Part shown: positions 26,361-41,405 of the stretch, one piece after another
Numbering within the stretch: position 1 is the first letter of the stretch
Layout of the letters: each line of letters starts with the position of its first letter
Source: Chrysomallon squamiferum
Taxonomy: Eukaryota > Animalia > Mollusca
NCBI GenBank assembly: GCA_012295275.1
Contig: CM022666.1
Span: 4,960,001 to 5,024,000 of the forward strand
Length of the DNA: 64,000 bases
Direction: 5' to 3'
Notes under the pieces: generated by a model
Seen by the model: only the letters and a program-made list of their open reading frames with translations
Databases searched by the model: none
What the model was told of the DNA's origin: nothing
Translations under genes and position numbers: made by a program

Positions 26361-27406
26361 AAAATAAATGAGTGCTGTATTCAGTGAATAAATATTTACA
26401 TATTGATTTTCTATATAAACTGACTGATGAAAGTTAAATGTTCACCGACTGCTTTCTAATGAGTAATACAAGTTAAGTGTTCTTTATACAGTAACATTTA
26501 AAATTTCATGTAAAATTTGCATAATAAACAATCTATTTAAAGCATTTTTTTTTTGTTTTATCACAATAAGAATCTTCTTTTTAGAAGCATTTCAATAATA
26601 TAAATATTAATATTATTATTAATTTTATTATCACTATCGTCATCATAGATACTACTACTGCTACTAATCAACATTATTAGTATTATTCTTTCTACTAGTA
26701 CTACTATTGAAATTAGTGCTGCTGTTGCTTAAATTTATCATCATCATCTTCATCATCATCATTGGGATTTTTTCCAACTGGTCTTTGCTCTGAATAAAGT
26801 TGTGCAGTAAGTTAATAAACTGCGATTATTAACTAAATATACATAATAGTGTGTACGTGTGTATAAAATGACTTTGTAGATGTACCACAATTCACGTTTA
26901 CCTAAGTTATTTTTTATTTTACCCAGTCAGTTGAATAACTTTACATATTAACATTTTTTGTCTGTACACTTCCACTTTATCACGTCATTGACTAAATTGC
27001 GCATGTCAGTGCCTGTTCTATACCACAATATCAGGTATCATATTTCGCGTGCTTAACTCTTGTTAATACGGCTGCGCATAGATTCATGAAAGCTAAATTT
27101 ACACCAGATAATAGATCCCTCATTGTGTACACAGACCTTGACGTAGTCATAGGGTACTGGAAATCCCGGCATGTGATAGTATTATTATACATCGGTGACA
27201 GTACTGTTATATATAGGTTAGTATGACTTACAGAACACGTGAACAGAAGTCACGCTGTAGTTCAGGGGTACGCGAGGAATTTAGTCCAGCCTGTCAACTG
27301 AAAACTTGGACACCAATTATTACATTAACTTTCTTTTTTCTTTAAACTCTCCAGATCAAAGCAGCCTTGCTTCCTAGCATCCCGTTTTGATGCTCAGTTT
27401 TGAAGA

Positions 27407-27522
<116 letters not shown>

Positions 27523-29365
27523 TGTGCTGTATTCAGTGAATAAATATTTAAATATTTCTGGTTTGACTGATGAAAGTTAAATGTTCGCTGATTGGTTTAT
27601 AATGAATAATACAAGTTAAGTGTTTTTTTATACAGTATGTACTCATGCAATGAAATTATGAGAGTGACAAATATTTATATATGCTACATTAATTTTTCAT
27701 GTACAATTTGCATAATTTACATTTTTTTGTTTTATCACAATAAGACTTTTCTTTTTAGAAGCATTCCAAAATCATAAATATTATGATTATTAATTTTATT
27801 TTCACTATTATCATCATCATCATTATTAATTTTATGATGACTATCATAATTATCGTTAACTTTATTACCACTATCATCTTCATCATTATTACTACTGCTA
27901 TATTATTACTATATAATCATGATTACTAGTATTGTTCTTTCTACTACTGCTACTATTTATATTAGTGCTGCTGCTGCTACTACTACTACTATTAAATTTA
28001 TCATCATCATCATCATCACTATAATTAGTATTGTTTGCTGCTGTCTTTGTTAAATAAAGACTACAGTGATACCTCTGGTCACCTGTTCATAATTTTTATT
28101 ACTTGGATAGTTACTTTAAAAGTAGTACAAATGTCTTGTTCTGCATTTATCATTGTCTTTTCTTTTTTAAATATCAAGTAAAATTAATGAACATATTTTT
28201 CAACTCACTTTTCACTTATACACTAGTCAGTGACATGATTTAATTTTCATTTTATGAAGCATAATTTGTGTACTTTATACACAGTATGTTAAATATTGCT
28301 GTTATATAAGAGTGTTCATATCACATACTTAAAAGTACCCGTGCAGTGTTTATAAATAGCTGTTTGGAAAGTCCCGGAAAAATGTACACATAACGTGACC
28401 TCGCTGTCTGTGAAATGTTTATCTAACCTGTGATCTCATTTCTGTGTCTGCTTCATTCACGCTACTACTGTTCAGGTGTCGGCAACGCTTGGTCAGCCAC
28501 CAATTAAAACATTAACTTGGCACTCCTCCAAAACACCGCATAGCTGTCTGATCACCTCTCTCTAAAAGTTTCCCGACCTGTTATACTGGACGGGGCATTT
28601 GAAACCAGATGATATAGATATTCTGCATTAACTTTTTGTTCATTTATTTCGGATTAGACTGTTGAAGAGCGGTTGATTAAAACATGACAAAATACTTGAG
28701 ATTAGAAGTTAGTTGTTACGTTTGTGTTTCCATGTTTCTGTTCCTGCTTGTAGATCACAGGTTCTTGGCGTAGTTTCTATCATAAAAACAACTCAGGGCA
28801 ATATTCTTGTGTGTGTGTGTATGTGCGAGTGTGTGCGTGCGTGCGTGAGCTAATAGTATGTGACTTATTTGTATTGTTTGTTTTTTGTTTATTATTGTTG
28901 TTTTCTTGTTTTTAATTGTTGTTTTTTGTACTCTTTTTCCCATCTGAATGACAACAGCAGTGTTAGTATTAACAACAACAAGAACTACAACAGTAAAAAC
29001 CAGCAATAAATGCACGTAGTTTATTTGTAAACATTGTGCAACTTTTAATTATTAATTTTGTTTACATTTTTGATTCTAAACATCTCATTCTCTCGATAAG
29101 GTTATATTTTCTCAGAGTCAATCAAAATGTGATTTGAAGGACAACGCGTTATCGGAAATAAAACAACAGTTTATGGGAAACTTAATTTTCTGTTTGTTTT
29201 CAATACAATATTATTATCTTCTCAAGTGCAGCTGTCTTTAAAACATAATATAAAAATCATTTCATTAACGAAAATAAAGAAAAAAGGCAGTATATATTTT
29301 TCCTATAGTCTTATTGTAACTATTTGAAAAAATATTCTGCTGTTTGTATAGTATATGTTGCGCGG

Positions 29366-29523
<158 letters not shown>

Positions 29524-29548
29524 GTGTTCGTTTATTTATTATTTTTCT

Positions 29549-29734
29549 TCAAATGGACGTTGTCTGGTAAAGGATAGTTTGTGAAAGGAGCTGCAGCTGT
29601 TGTCGCTGACGGGATTCAAGTCAAAGAAGCTGCTTACTACTTCATATACAGCAACGTTTTATTCCATGCCAACCAAGTCAGAGAGCTAGAATACGCTAGG
29701 CTGTGTCACTCAGTTGAAAAATATCCAAATTATG
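29549..29734 (+). pseudogene. TNF terminal-exon fragment (KWTLSGKG*FVKGAAAVVADGIQVKEAAYYFIYSNVLFHANQVRELEYARLCHSVEKYPNY)
   Basis: Clear homology to exon 4; no acceptor, in-frame TAG at 29575-29577, truncated at the 3' end. Confidence 0.9.
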
Positions 29735-30713
29735 TTGCAATAAAACATAATAGATAATAAAGAAATTCAAATTTAAAGACAAATGTTTGTTATTTTCTCC
29801 AAATCAGCAGCGTAACTTCATCAGCTTAAACTTAAACTCTTGCTATTGTTTTTAATTATTGCATATAATTGTTGTTACTACTATTACTTTATTACTTTTT
29901 TTATTATTATTTATTATATTATTTTTTTGTGATCGCTTGTTTGTGATTTTAATACATAATTGCAATAAATTTCTTTATACTTTCAGTGAGTCTCTTTAAG
30001 AATTTTGTAGAATAACTATTTCTTCAAGATCTGAGCTTTCTACCCAGAAATAGCTCGTCACAATCAGTAGTCGAAGCTTTTACCGAGTGAAAACATTATC
30101 CCTATTATTAACACACGGAATCAGAAAGTATTAATGCATTATTCTGTTGTTGTTGTTTGTGTTGAAAATGAACACAAATATATTTTTTAATTTTTTTAAA
30201 TGAAATGCTAGATCGGTTAGTTAACAAGACAATAACTAGATCACGAATGCCATTAGCAAATTAAAAGCACACTATTACAAGGGTTTTTTTCTTTTCTTTT
30301 TAAAAAAAACAAACAATATATATCTATATATATATATATATGTATGTATGTATATATTTTTTAAATGTGTGTGTGTGTGTGTTTCTTTAGATCAAGGTCT
30401 CTGAGAAGTAAAAATAAAATTCTTCAAGACATGAACTTTCGACCCAGGCTATAAAAAGTTCGTCATAATCAGTAGTCAAAGTTGTTACCAAACGGAACCG
30501 CACCTTAATATTAAAGTATTATTCCAGTACGGTAACGTTAAAGATCGTTACAATTCAGTATGTATCCTGTAATTTACAAATCAAAGGACATAATATTAAA
30601 TATAGTAATACAGTATAGCAAATACCATGTATTCGGTTTATATTATATAACTGACATACTGTGATGTAGAATATACAGGGTATTTGAATATATATATTTG
30701 TTTTATAGTTCAG

Positions 30714-30940
30714 AACGGATTCATAGACCTCCAAGCTGAAATGTTCGACAGTCGACTTGTTTCTCATGCAGAACAAATAAACACGGTGGAACTTCCTTTG
30801 TACCAGAGCTGGATGGCAGCGTATATAGAACGTCATGAACGTGCACTGCAACTACACCAGCAGCAGCTGACAACACTGCAGTTTGTACACAATGAGACAG
30901 AGATTATTCTACTCAGTTTTAAATAAATTGATGTTTCTTC

Positions 30941-30986
<46 letters not shown>

Positions 30987-31310
30987 GATTATTATTAATG
31001 TTGTTGGTATTAATTTATTCATTCGTTTATTTATTTATTTGGTTTATGATCATTATAGTTACTTTAGTGTTATCATTATGAGTTAAATTATTGATTTGTT
31101 AAATTAATTACACACACACACACACACACACACAGAGACACACACGTACACACACACACACACACACACATTATATTTGAACTAATCTTACCCCATGAAA
31201 TTAATTCATTTTTTCACTTTCTCTCTTTTTCATCTTTTAACAGATCTGGTTTTGACAGGCTAAGAATATTTTTTGAAACCAGCGAGGATCAGACAATGAA
31301 AGATACATGA
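30714..31310 (+). pseudogene. Gene X exon fragment 30714..~30900 (NGFIDLQAEM...ELPLYQSWMAAYIERHERALQLHQQQLTT) and terminal exon 31244..31310 (SGFDRLRIFFETSEDQTMKDT*)
   Basis: ttcag acceptor and open protein-like frame; fused by deletion to the last intron. Confidence 0.65.
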
Positions 31311-32754
31311 AAAGAAATTAATTTAAACCTAACAAAATTACATTCTGATATGTGTGAATAATTTGTATATTTTAAAGACAGTATGTTAAATATTGCTGTT
31401 ATATAACCATGTACATATCATATACTTATATATATACGCCTACATACGTGCACACACACACACACACACGTATCATGATTAAGTTTTAATAGTTATGCTG
31501 TCGCCCTTCACTGTTTGATTTGCTGTCTAAAAAAAAAAAAAAAGAAAAGACAATAATAACAATGGTAGCTGACTGGAAAACTTTTAAAAATCCCCAGTAA
31601 ATTATCTTTAAAAGTAATTCTACCCGAGCAGTGTTTATAAACTGTTATTTTCTTAGCGGCTCGGGTGATACAAAATACCCGGCCCACGTGTTCAAGACAT
31701 TCACTGATTTCAGGCTGGGAAATGTGTACCTAAGGTGTGATTGCACCGATATCTTATTTCACAGTCTGCTTGAATCACGTGATCACTGTTATCTCTAGTC
31801 TATATAAGCACGTTGAACAACTGACACGATTTTAAATATAAATGAATAAAAATAAAAAGATTTTATCTTTGTATTATAAAAACAACTCATGCGAAACTGA
31901 ACTCAGCCAAAATTCTTAAAATAGATTAGTGTATGCGTTTGCGTGTGTGTATGTGTGTGTGTAGTGTGTGTGTGTGTGTTACGTGTGTGTAAAACAACTA
32001 CTTGCTTGTTTGTATGATTTTTTTTTAGTTTGTTATTGTGTTTCTTTTGTTGTTTTTCTTTGTTTGTGTTTTTTTTTTGTTCTTGTTTTTTTTAAAAGTT
32101 TTTTGTTTTCCATCTGAACACTGCTCTGAATAAGGTCATGAAACAGTTAAGTGCGAATATTAACTAAATTTGCATAATAGTATGTACGTGTGTATAAAAT
32201 GACTTTGTAGATGTTCCACAATTCAAGTTTACCTACATTAATTATTTTTACCCAGTCAGTTGAATTAACTTTACATATTAACATTTTTTATCAGTACACT
32301 TCCACTTTGCCACGTCACTGACTAAACTGCGCATGTCAGTGTCTGTTCTAGACCACATAGCACCCTATTTCGCGTGCTTAACTCTTCTTAATACGACTGA
32401 CCATGAAAACTAAATTTACATCAGATAAGAGTTTCCTCAAATTTGGTACACAGACCTTAATCGTGACTAGAATTCCAGGCACGTGATAGTCATTGGTTAG
32501 TACTGATTCTATTATATGTCGTTGACAGTTATTATATGTAGGTTAGTATGACTTACCGAACACGTGGACAGAAGTAACACTGTGTAGTTCAGGGGTCCGC
32601 GAGGAATTTAGTCCAGTCTGTCAACTGAAAACTTTTTTTTTATTACCTTTCTTTTTTTTCTTTAAATCTCTACATCAAAGCAGCCTTCTTCCTAGCATCC
32701 CTTTTGATGCTCAGTATATAAGTTAAAAAGAGAGAGAGAGAGAGAAAACTGAGA

Positions 32755-32837
<83 letters not shown>

Positions 32838-34316
32838 TGTGCTGTATTCAGTGAATAAATAATTAAATATTACTGGTTTTCTATATAAATTGACTGATGA
32901 AAGTTAAATGAGTAATGAGTAATATAAGTTAAGTGTTCTTTATACAGTATGTACCCATGCATTCAAATTACCAGAGTAATAAATGTTTATGTATACGTTA
33001 CATTTAAAATTTCATGTAAATTCTGCATAATAAACAATATATTTAAAGCATTTTCTTTTCTTTCTTTTTTTTTTTATCACAATAACACTTTTCTTTTCAG
33101 AAGCATTCCAGAATCATAAATATTCTGGTTATTAATTTTATTTTCACTATTATCATCAACATCATTATTCATTTTATTATGACTATCATAATTATCATTA
33201 ACTTTATTACCACTATCATCTTCATCATTATTACTACTGCTATATTATTACTATATAATCATGATTACTAGTATTATTCTTACTACTACTCCTACTATTT
33301 ATATTAGTGCTGCTGCTGCTATTATTACTACTATAACATTTATCATCATCATTATAATTTGTATTGTTTGCTGCTGTCGTTGTTGTTCAATAAAGACTAC
33401 AGCGTTACCTCTGGTGAGATGTTCATAACTTTTATTACCTGGATAGTTACTTTAAATGTAGTAAAAATATCTTGTTCTTCATTTGTCATTGTCTTCTTTT
33501 TCTTCTTTTCTTTTTTAAATATCAAGTAAAATTAATGAAAACAATTTTCAACGCACTTTTCACTTATACACCAGTCAGTGACATGATTTAAGTTTTATTT
33601 TACGAAGGATAATTTGTATACTTTATAGACAATATGTTAAATACTGCTGTTATATAACCATGTTCATATCACATACACATACACATTACACACACACAGT
33701 AACACACATCCAGGGATGTGGTATTAAAGTCGAACACTTGGCTCAAAATAACACATTTTAAAAAATCATCTGTTTATCTTTAAAAGTAATCCTACCCTAC
33801 AATCCTGTGATTTACCTATTTGCCAAGATTTTCATTTTTTGTTCTGCTTCATTCACGTTGTTTAGGTTTTGGGTGTTTAGTTGTTTTGGTTTTTGTGCTT
33901 TTCCAGCCAACTGAACTCTTGAACGTTAATATATAATACTATAACAAGAAATATAACGTCCAAAAGCACCAGCAATAAATGCCCCCTAGTTTATTTGTGA
34001 ACATTATGAAAATTTGATTATTTGTACGGTTTGTATTAATATTATATTTTTCTGTTAACCAATCAAAATGTGGTTTTGAAGGACAACGCGTCATTTTTAT
34101 GGGAAACTTTTTGTTTCAATTTTTCAATGCAATTTATTATCTTCTAAAGTGCATCTGTCTCTAACACATAATATAAAAAATCATTTCTTTATCGAAAAGG
34201 AAGAAAAAGGCAATATATATTTTTGAAAGATATATCATTATTTTCCATAGTCTTATTTTAATTGTTTGAAAAAAGTATTCTGTTGTTTGTATAGTATCTG
34301 TTGCTAGCTTTTTCTT

Positions 34317-34355
<39 letters not shown>

Positions 34356-34435
34356 TTTTATTTTTTTTTTTTTTTTGATGTTATTATGTGTGTGTGTTTT
34401 ATCTTGGTATTTAATAACATTTTTATCATGTTTGA

Positions 34436-34783
34436 CTTAGACTGTATCTAAAGTAAAATGAAGTACTAAACTTGAATTTCATCTGTTTTATAAATACATT
34501 AAATGCAACAAAACAAAACAACAAAAAAATAAGTTTTATATAAAAATAGGTAAATTTTATATAAAAAATATTAAATAGTTAAGTTCATTACAAACGAAAT
34601 AAAAAAAAAAAAAAAAAATCATATACGTTTAATAATATTTAAATTATGAAAAGGAGAAATTAATTGTGCTGAAAAAAATTTATAAATTTAAACTGATTAA
34701 AATAGACGAGTTTCAAATTGGTTATTAACATTCTTTTTAGAAACTGAGTTAAAGTCATAGAAAAGCTGAGAAAAGTGGTAAAT
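34436..34783 (+). pseudogene. Deleted TNF exon 1 remnant and micro-exon 2 (34741..34777) with in-frame TAA
   Basis: Paralogous to 8865-9207; micro-exon reads aaa ctg agt taa. Confidence 0.7.
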
Positions 34784-35754
34784 TAACACAAACACATGAA
34801 CAAATTGGTTTTGACATATTGGAAAAGTAAATTATAAAAGTGTTAAGTTTAAATGGAAGCAGAAGAGAAGAGAGAATCTGAACACCACATGCACGTGTGA
34901 CGTCTGCGTGTCAACTGATCAACACAGCTGAGAGAAGCTTTAGCGCGTGACTGAATGAAAAACGGACTTAAACACATGCATTGTACCCGTTTGTACCATT
35001 TATTTCGAGAAATTAGCTATTAAATTTTTATTTATATAATTTGTTAAAAAGAAAAAATCGTTAAAGGAGGATATTTTTTTATTATATATTTATAATTTAT
35101 CGATGAATTGAGCGTAAAAGGTGAATAAGTTTATCGATGAATTGAGCGAACATCTGCTATAAACTTTATTTATTTGTTTATTTATTTATTTATTTATTTA
35201 ATTTTTTTTTTTTCTGTTAATTAATTTATTTATTTCACTTTACTTTTTATCACTTTTTATTTATTTTAGGTATTTTACTTTATTTATTTATTTATTTATT
35301 TATTCATTTATTTAACTAAACAATTAATATTTCATAATTGTTTGTGTTTTAAACTGAATTTAATGTTTTCTTTATTTTTCGTTTTATAAAATAAAAGGTA
35401 TTGCCTTGCAAATGAACCCACCTAGCTAGTCATAAAAAAGAAATTTAAAAAAGTGTTCATTTTCATTTTCAACAACAGTAGTAACAACAACAACAAATTT
35501 ATTTAATTTATAATAATGTATTCAAACTTTGTGAATCCTTCCATTAGTAATTCGGCTGACGTAACATCTATTTATAGCCCAGTTGAGGAATAAAATGAGT
35601 ATTTATTACTTCTCGGAAATCTTCTTGGGAGGAAAAAACAAAGCTTAACATAGTGATAATATGTTGATATTCAAAAACACTGGCAAATATTCAAAGAATC
35701 CTATTAGAGTATCAAAAATATTTCAAATAATATGTGTGTGTGTGTGTGTATGTT

Positions 35755-35817
<63 letters not shown>

Positions 35818-36681
35818 TTAACAAATTTAATTGAAAAAAATGTATAATCTCTATTTATATAGACCAAAATAACTAACTAGCAACAACAACAACAAATAAA
35901 TATAAAATAATAAATAAATAAATAAATAAATAATAAATATAATAATAATAATAATTAATATTATTATTATAAAAACGGTTATTATAATGGTTTTAAGCGT
36001 AAGGTGGCGAATCTAAGCTGCTCAACTCCAACAGAATAGAGTTGAGATAATAATAAACATTTTTATTTAATTTAACAATTTTATATATTTGTAAAATATA
36101 TGTAATGTATGTGTATGTGTATATACAGTGTCACTGATTTTCAGGTAGTCAACAGCTCAAATGGAGGAAGCAACAAAACTTTCTTGGTGTCTTCGTACTA
36201 AAGAATAATAAGCTAAAATGATCTGTGAGTATTCAAAGCCTGACAAACATAAAAAAAAAAATCCCTTCACTGGTAATATCTATTAAACAAAAGTATGAAC
36301 ACATGCATAATCTAATAAGAAAGTATATATATGTATACACCCTTTATTGTACACTAGAGCACAACAAACACAAAACACTTTTAAAACTGTATTCAGTATA
36401 GCAGTAAAGAATACTATAGATGGAGAGAATGATTCTAATCGGTCGCAACAATCACGTAAGAAGAGCAAACATCTACATAACTGGATACACAGTGTGTTCC
36501 GCTCGAATAGTTTCCCCCCCCACCAAAAAAACCAAAACAAAAAAATATCTCGGTTCTTTTATGAAAAAGGGACTGACGTTATTTCTCAACGTGTTCCCGA
36601 CCTTGCAGTTTGACGTGTGTGGCCAGATTATTCTTTGAAACCAGAGTCCGTAACACCTACCACATCGAGGTGGTAATTAAT

Positions 36682-37267
36682 CCCGAAAAGAAGTCACAGG
36701 AAAAAAAGTCACAATTTTTTATTAAGAAATGTATTAGCAATGAAAGATAGATTAAGCACATTTTGTCACAGTATTTTGTTAATGTTCTTTGATTTTAATG
36801 TTGATGGTTTAGGCTGATGTTCCACCCGATATCACGAAGAAATTCTGCGGCAGCATACACGAACCCTTCATAACAGATTTTGATATCACCCTTATTGCTA
36901 TGAATAACTTCCATATTAAACATACTTCTGATACTAGAGCAAGCTGGAGAATATATAGTGAAACACATTTTAACATGGAACATTTTATAAATCATTTACA
37001 ACAGGAAGCTCTTAGTTTAAATCTATTCTAATCAGTAAGCTGGACCCAAGCATCACCCCTGCACAATATGAAGACTCTTTCTTTAATCCTGCCTAATTAA
37101 TAAGTGTAACAAGTAACCACCCCTGCACAGCATGAAACCTCTTTCTTTAATCTAACCTAACTGACCTAATCAGTAAACTTAACAATTACCCCATGTAGAC
37201 TATGATGTCACATTCAATACTCTATAGATTCATACATTTTGTTATATAAAAAATGTTACTTTTTCCC
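36682..37267 (-). mobile_element. Internally deleted Mutator-like (MULE) element; copies at ~10710-11255, ~42137-42730, ~46745-47400
   Basis: Imperfect inverted ends GGAAAAAAAGTCACAATTTT and AAAATGTTACTTTTTCC. The minus-strand mini-ORF MEVIHSNKGDIKICYEGFVY (FLYWCH-like start) is fused to AAAEFLRDIGWNISL..* (resembles a MULE transposase C-terminus). Confidence 0.55.
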
Positions 37268-37948
37268 AGCCACTGCAGTATATACCATGTAATTTATATA
37301 TCCAGTATTAAAGATTAATAGAGTGCAGTACATACCATGTATATAATATATCCAGGAATATAGTATTAAATAATATATAATAAGATACAGTACATACAAT
37401 GTACTTTATATATTCAAAGATATAATATTACAGATTCATTATTGCAAATAATATGTATTCTGTGTATCATTTTATAAACAAATGGGGTCCTGTGGTGTAG
37501 AGTATAAATGAATACATTAATGTGTATATCCAAGGATATAATATACAAAAATATTACAGTACATATCATGTAATTTATAAATCAAAGGATATAATACTAA
37601 AGATTCAGCATAACAAATATCATATATTCAGTGAATGATATTATAAAACTGAAATACTGTGATATAGAATATACAGTGTATCTGAATATATATTTTTTTT
37701 AAATTTCAGAATGGATTCATAGACCTTAAAGATTAATAGAGTGCACTACATACCATGCAATTTATATATCCAGGGATACAGTACTATTTCAGTATGGCAA
37801 CCTGAAAGATCGTTAAAATACAATATGTATCCTGTAATTTACAATGTAATTTGCAAATACAATGTATTCAGTATATGATATTATAAAATTGACATCCTGT
37901 GATGTAGAATATACAGTGTATCTGAATATATATCATTTTAAACTTCAG

Positions 37949-38170
37949 AACGGATTCATAGACCTCCAAGCTGAAATGATGAACAGTCGACTTGTTTCTC
38001 ATGCAGAACAAATAAACACAGTGGAACTTCCTTTGTACCAGAGCTGGATGGCAGCGTATTTAGAACGTCATGAACGTGCACTGCAACTACACCAGCAGCA
38101 GCTGACAACACCGCAGTTTGTACACAATGAGACATTCAGATTATTCTGCAAAGTTTTAGATAAATTGATG

Positions 38171-38224
<54 letters not shown>

Positions 38225-38546
38225 GTTGTTGTTGTTGTTGTTAATTTTGTTGTTGTTGCTGTTGTTTCTATTAATTTATTCATTCATTTAAATATTTATT
38301 TGGTTTCTGAGCATTACAGTTACTTTAGTGTTATCATTATGAGTTAAATTATTGATTTGTTAAATTAATTACATGCACGCACACACACATACAGATATGT
38401 ACAGATTATATTTGAACTAATCTTACCCCATGAAATTAATTCATTTTTTTTACTTTCTCTCTTTTTCATCTTTTAACAGATCTGGCTTTATCTGGCTTAG
38501 AATAACTTTTGAAACCAGCGAGGATCAGACAATGAAAGATACATGA
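37949..38546 (+). pseudogene. Gene X exon fragment 37949..~38140 and terminal exon 38480..38546
   Basis: Paralogous to 30714-31310. Confidence 0.65.
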
Positions 38547-39249
38547 AAAGAAATTAGTTTAAAACTAACAAAATTACATTCTGATATCTGTGCATAATGT
38601 GTATATTTTATAGACAGTATGTTAAATATTGCTGTTATATAACCATGTACATATCATATACTTATATAGATACGCCTACATGCGTGCACGTCCACACACA
38701 CACACACACATGTATCATGACTAAGTTTTAATAGTTATGCTCTCGTCCTTCACTGTTTGATTTGATGTCTAAAAAAAAACCTGACGATAATAACAATGTT
38801 AGCTCGCTGGGAAACTTATAAAATCACCAGTGCATAACTTTAAAAGCTGTCCTACCCGATAAATAGCTGTTTGCTAAGTGTTTCCTAGTAATACAGAATG
38901 CAGGGCCCACGAGTTCTCGAGTTACCTAACGTGTGATTGTCCCACTCTCTTATTTCACAACCTGCTTCAACCATGTGATTACTGTTATCTCTAGTCCAAA
39001 TAAACACGTTCAACAACTGAAACGATTTTAAATATAAATGAATAAAAATAAAAAAATAAAAATAAGTAGTCTTTTTCTGTTAGGAAATAATCCAATTTTC
39101 ATGACAGTGCGCCTCCGTGGATCTTGTGTAGATATATACTGTAGTGCATAGCTGGAGTGTATTAGGTCATTTCAAATTAGATAATGTAGATGTTCTTGAC
39201 TAAATTCTTTATAATTTATTTAGGATTTATAATAGATTAGTGTGTGTGT

Positions 39250-39280
<31 letters not shown>

Positions 39281-40139
39281 ACTTGCTTGTTTTGTTTTTT
39301 GTTTGTTATGGGTTTTTGGTGTCTTTGTTTGTTTTGTGTGTTTGTTTGTGTGTTTGTTTGTCTGGGGTTTTTTTTGTTTGTTTTTTCCATCTGAACTCTG
39401 CTCTGAATAAGGACATGCAACAGTTAAGTGCGAATATTAACTAAAAACACATAATAGTATACACGTGTGTATAAAATGACTTTGAAGATGTTCAAATAGT
39501 CACATTTACCTAACTTAATTTGTTTTTACCCAGTAAGCTGAATAACTTTACATATTAATATTTTGTATCTGTGCACATCCACTTTGCCACGTCATTGACT
39601 AAACTGCATATGTCAGTGTCTGTTCTAGACCACAATACCAAAAACAGAACACCCTATTTCGCGTGCTTGTTAATACGCATGCGCATGGATTCATGAAAGC
39701 TAAATTTACATCAGATAATAGTTCCCTCATTGTTGTACAAAAAACTTAACCTGCACTAGAATTCCAGGCAGGTGACAGTACTATTATATATGGGTCAGTG
39801 TGACTTAACAAACATGTCAACAGAAGTGACGCTGTAGTCCAAGGGTCGGCGAGGAATTTAGTCCGGCCTGTCACCTGAAAACTTGGACACCAATTATTAC
39901 ATTAACTTCGTTGTTTTTTCTTCAAACATCCAGACCAAAGCAGCCTTGCTTTCTACCATCCCTTTTTGGTGCTCTAAAGTGCAGCTGTCTCTAACATTTT
40001 AATATAGAAATCATTTCGTTAACGAAATGGAAGTAAAAGGCAATATATATTTCTGAAAGATATGTCATTATTTTCCTACAGTCTTATTTTAATTGTTTGA
40101 AAAAGTAGTCTGTTGTTTGTGTAGTATCTGTTTCGCGCT

Positions 40140-40275
<136 letters not shown>

Positions 40276-40383
40276 CGTGCGCGCGCGTGGTTTTATTTAT
40301 TATTTTACTTTTATTTTTTGAAATAATGTTATTCATGTTTGTGTCTTTATCTTGGTATTAATAACATTTTTGTCATGTTCCAC

Positions 40384-40725
40384 ACAGACTGTATCTAAAG
40401 AAAAATGAAATTCTAAACTCGATACTCATCAGTTTTATAAATACATTAAATGGAAAAAAAGAAAAAAAAAAGAAAGGAAGTTTTATATTGAAATAGGTAA
40501 ATTCGATATAAAAATATTAAATAGTTAAGTTCATTACAAAGGAAATTAAGAAAAAAGATCCATATACCTTTAATAATATTTAAATTATGAAAAGGAGAAA
40601 TTCATTGTGCTGAAACATATTTGTAATTTTAAAACTGCTTATTACGTACGAGTTTCAAACTGGCTATTAACATTCTTTTTAGAAACTGAGTGAAAGTCAC
40701 TCAAAAGCTGAGAAAAGTGGTAAGT
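40384..40725 (+). pseudogene. Deleted TNF exon 1 remnant and micro-exon 2 (40683..40719)
   Basis: Paralogous to 8865-9207; micro-exon splice sites intact. Confidence 0.7.
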
Positions 40726-41289
40726 TAACAGACACATACAACGATGTAATTGGTTCCAAATTCCCGATCGTAAAGTGAGGTACTGGGAGACTAATTTACA
40801 TAGATAGAATTAAGGTTAAAAACACTGGTTACGTTCTCGCTGATGATATTTCACATAAAACATTTTTTTTTTTTTTTAAATAAGGAGAAATAAATATTTT
40901 AACAGATCATAGATATTAAACAAACAGTAAATCATTTACAAATCACTTTATACAAAAAGATTAAGAAATAATTATACACCACTCACTGTGGGTTTTGTTT
41001 TCATTTAAGATATCGTATTTTGTTTCTAAAGTTATTTTCTTTTGTTTCGTTTAATCATCAGCATATCTATTCGTTTTGACATATTGGAAAAGTAAATTAT
41101 AAAAGTGTTAAGTTTAAATGGAAGCAGAAGAGAAGAGAGAATCTGAACACCACATGCACGTGTGACGTCTGCGTGTCAACTGATCAACACAGTGTGTATA
41201 TGTGTGTGTGTATATATGTGTGTATGTATGTGTGTGTGTCAAAACAACTAATTAGCAACCACAACAACAATACAAAATAAACGAATAGA

Positions 41290-41405
<116 letters not shown>

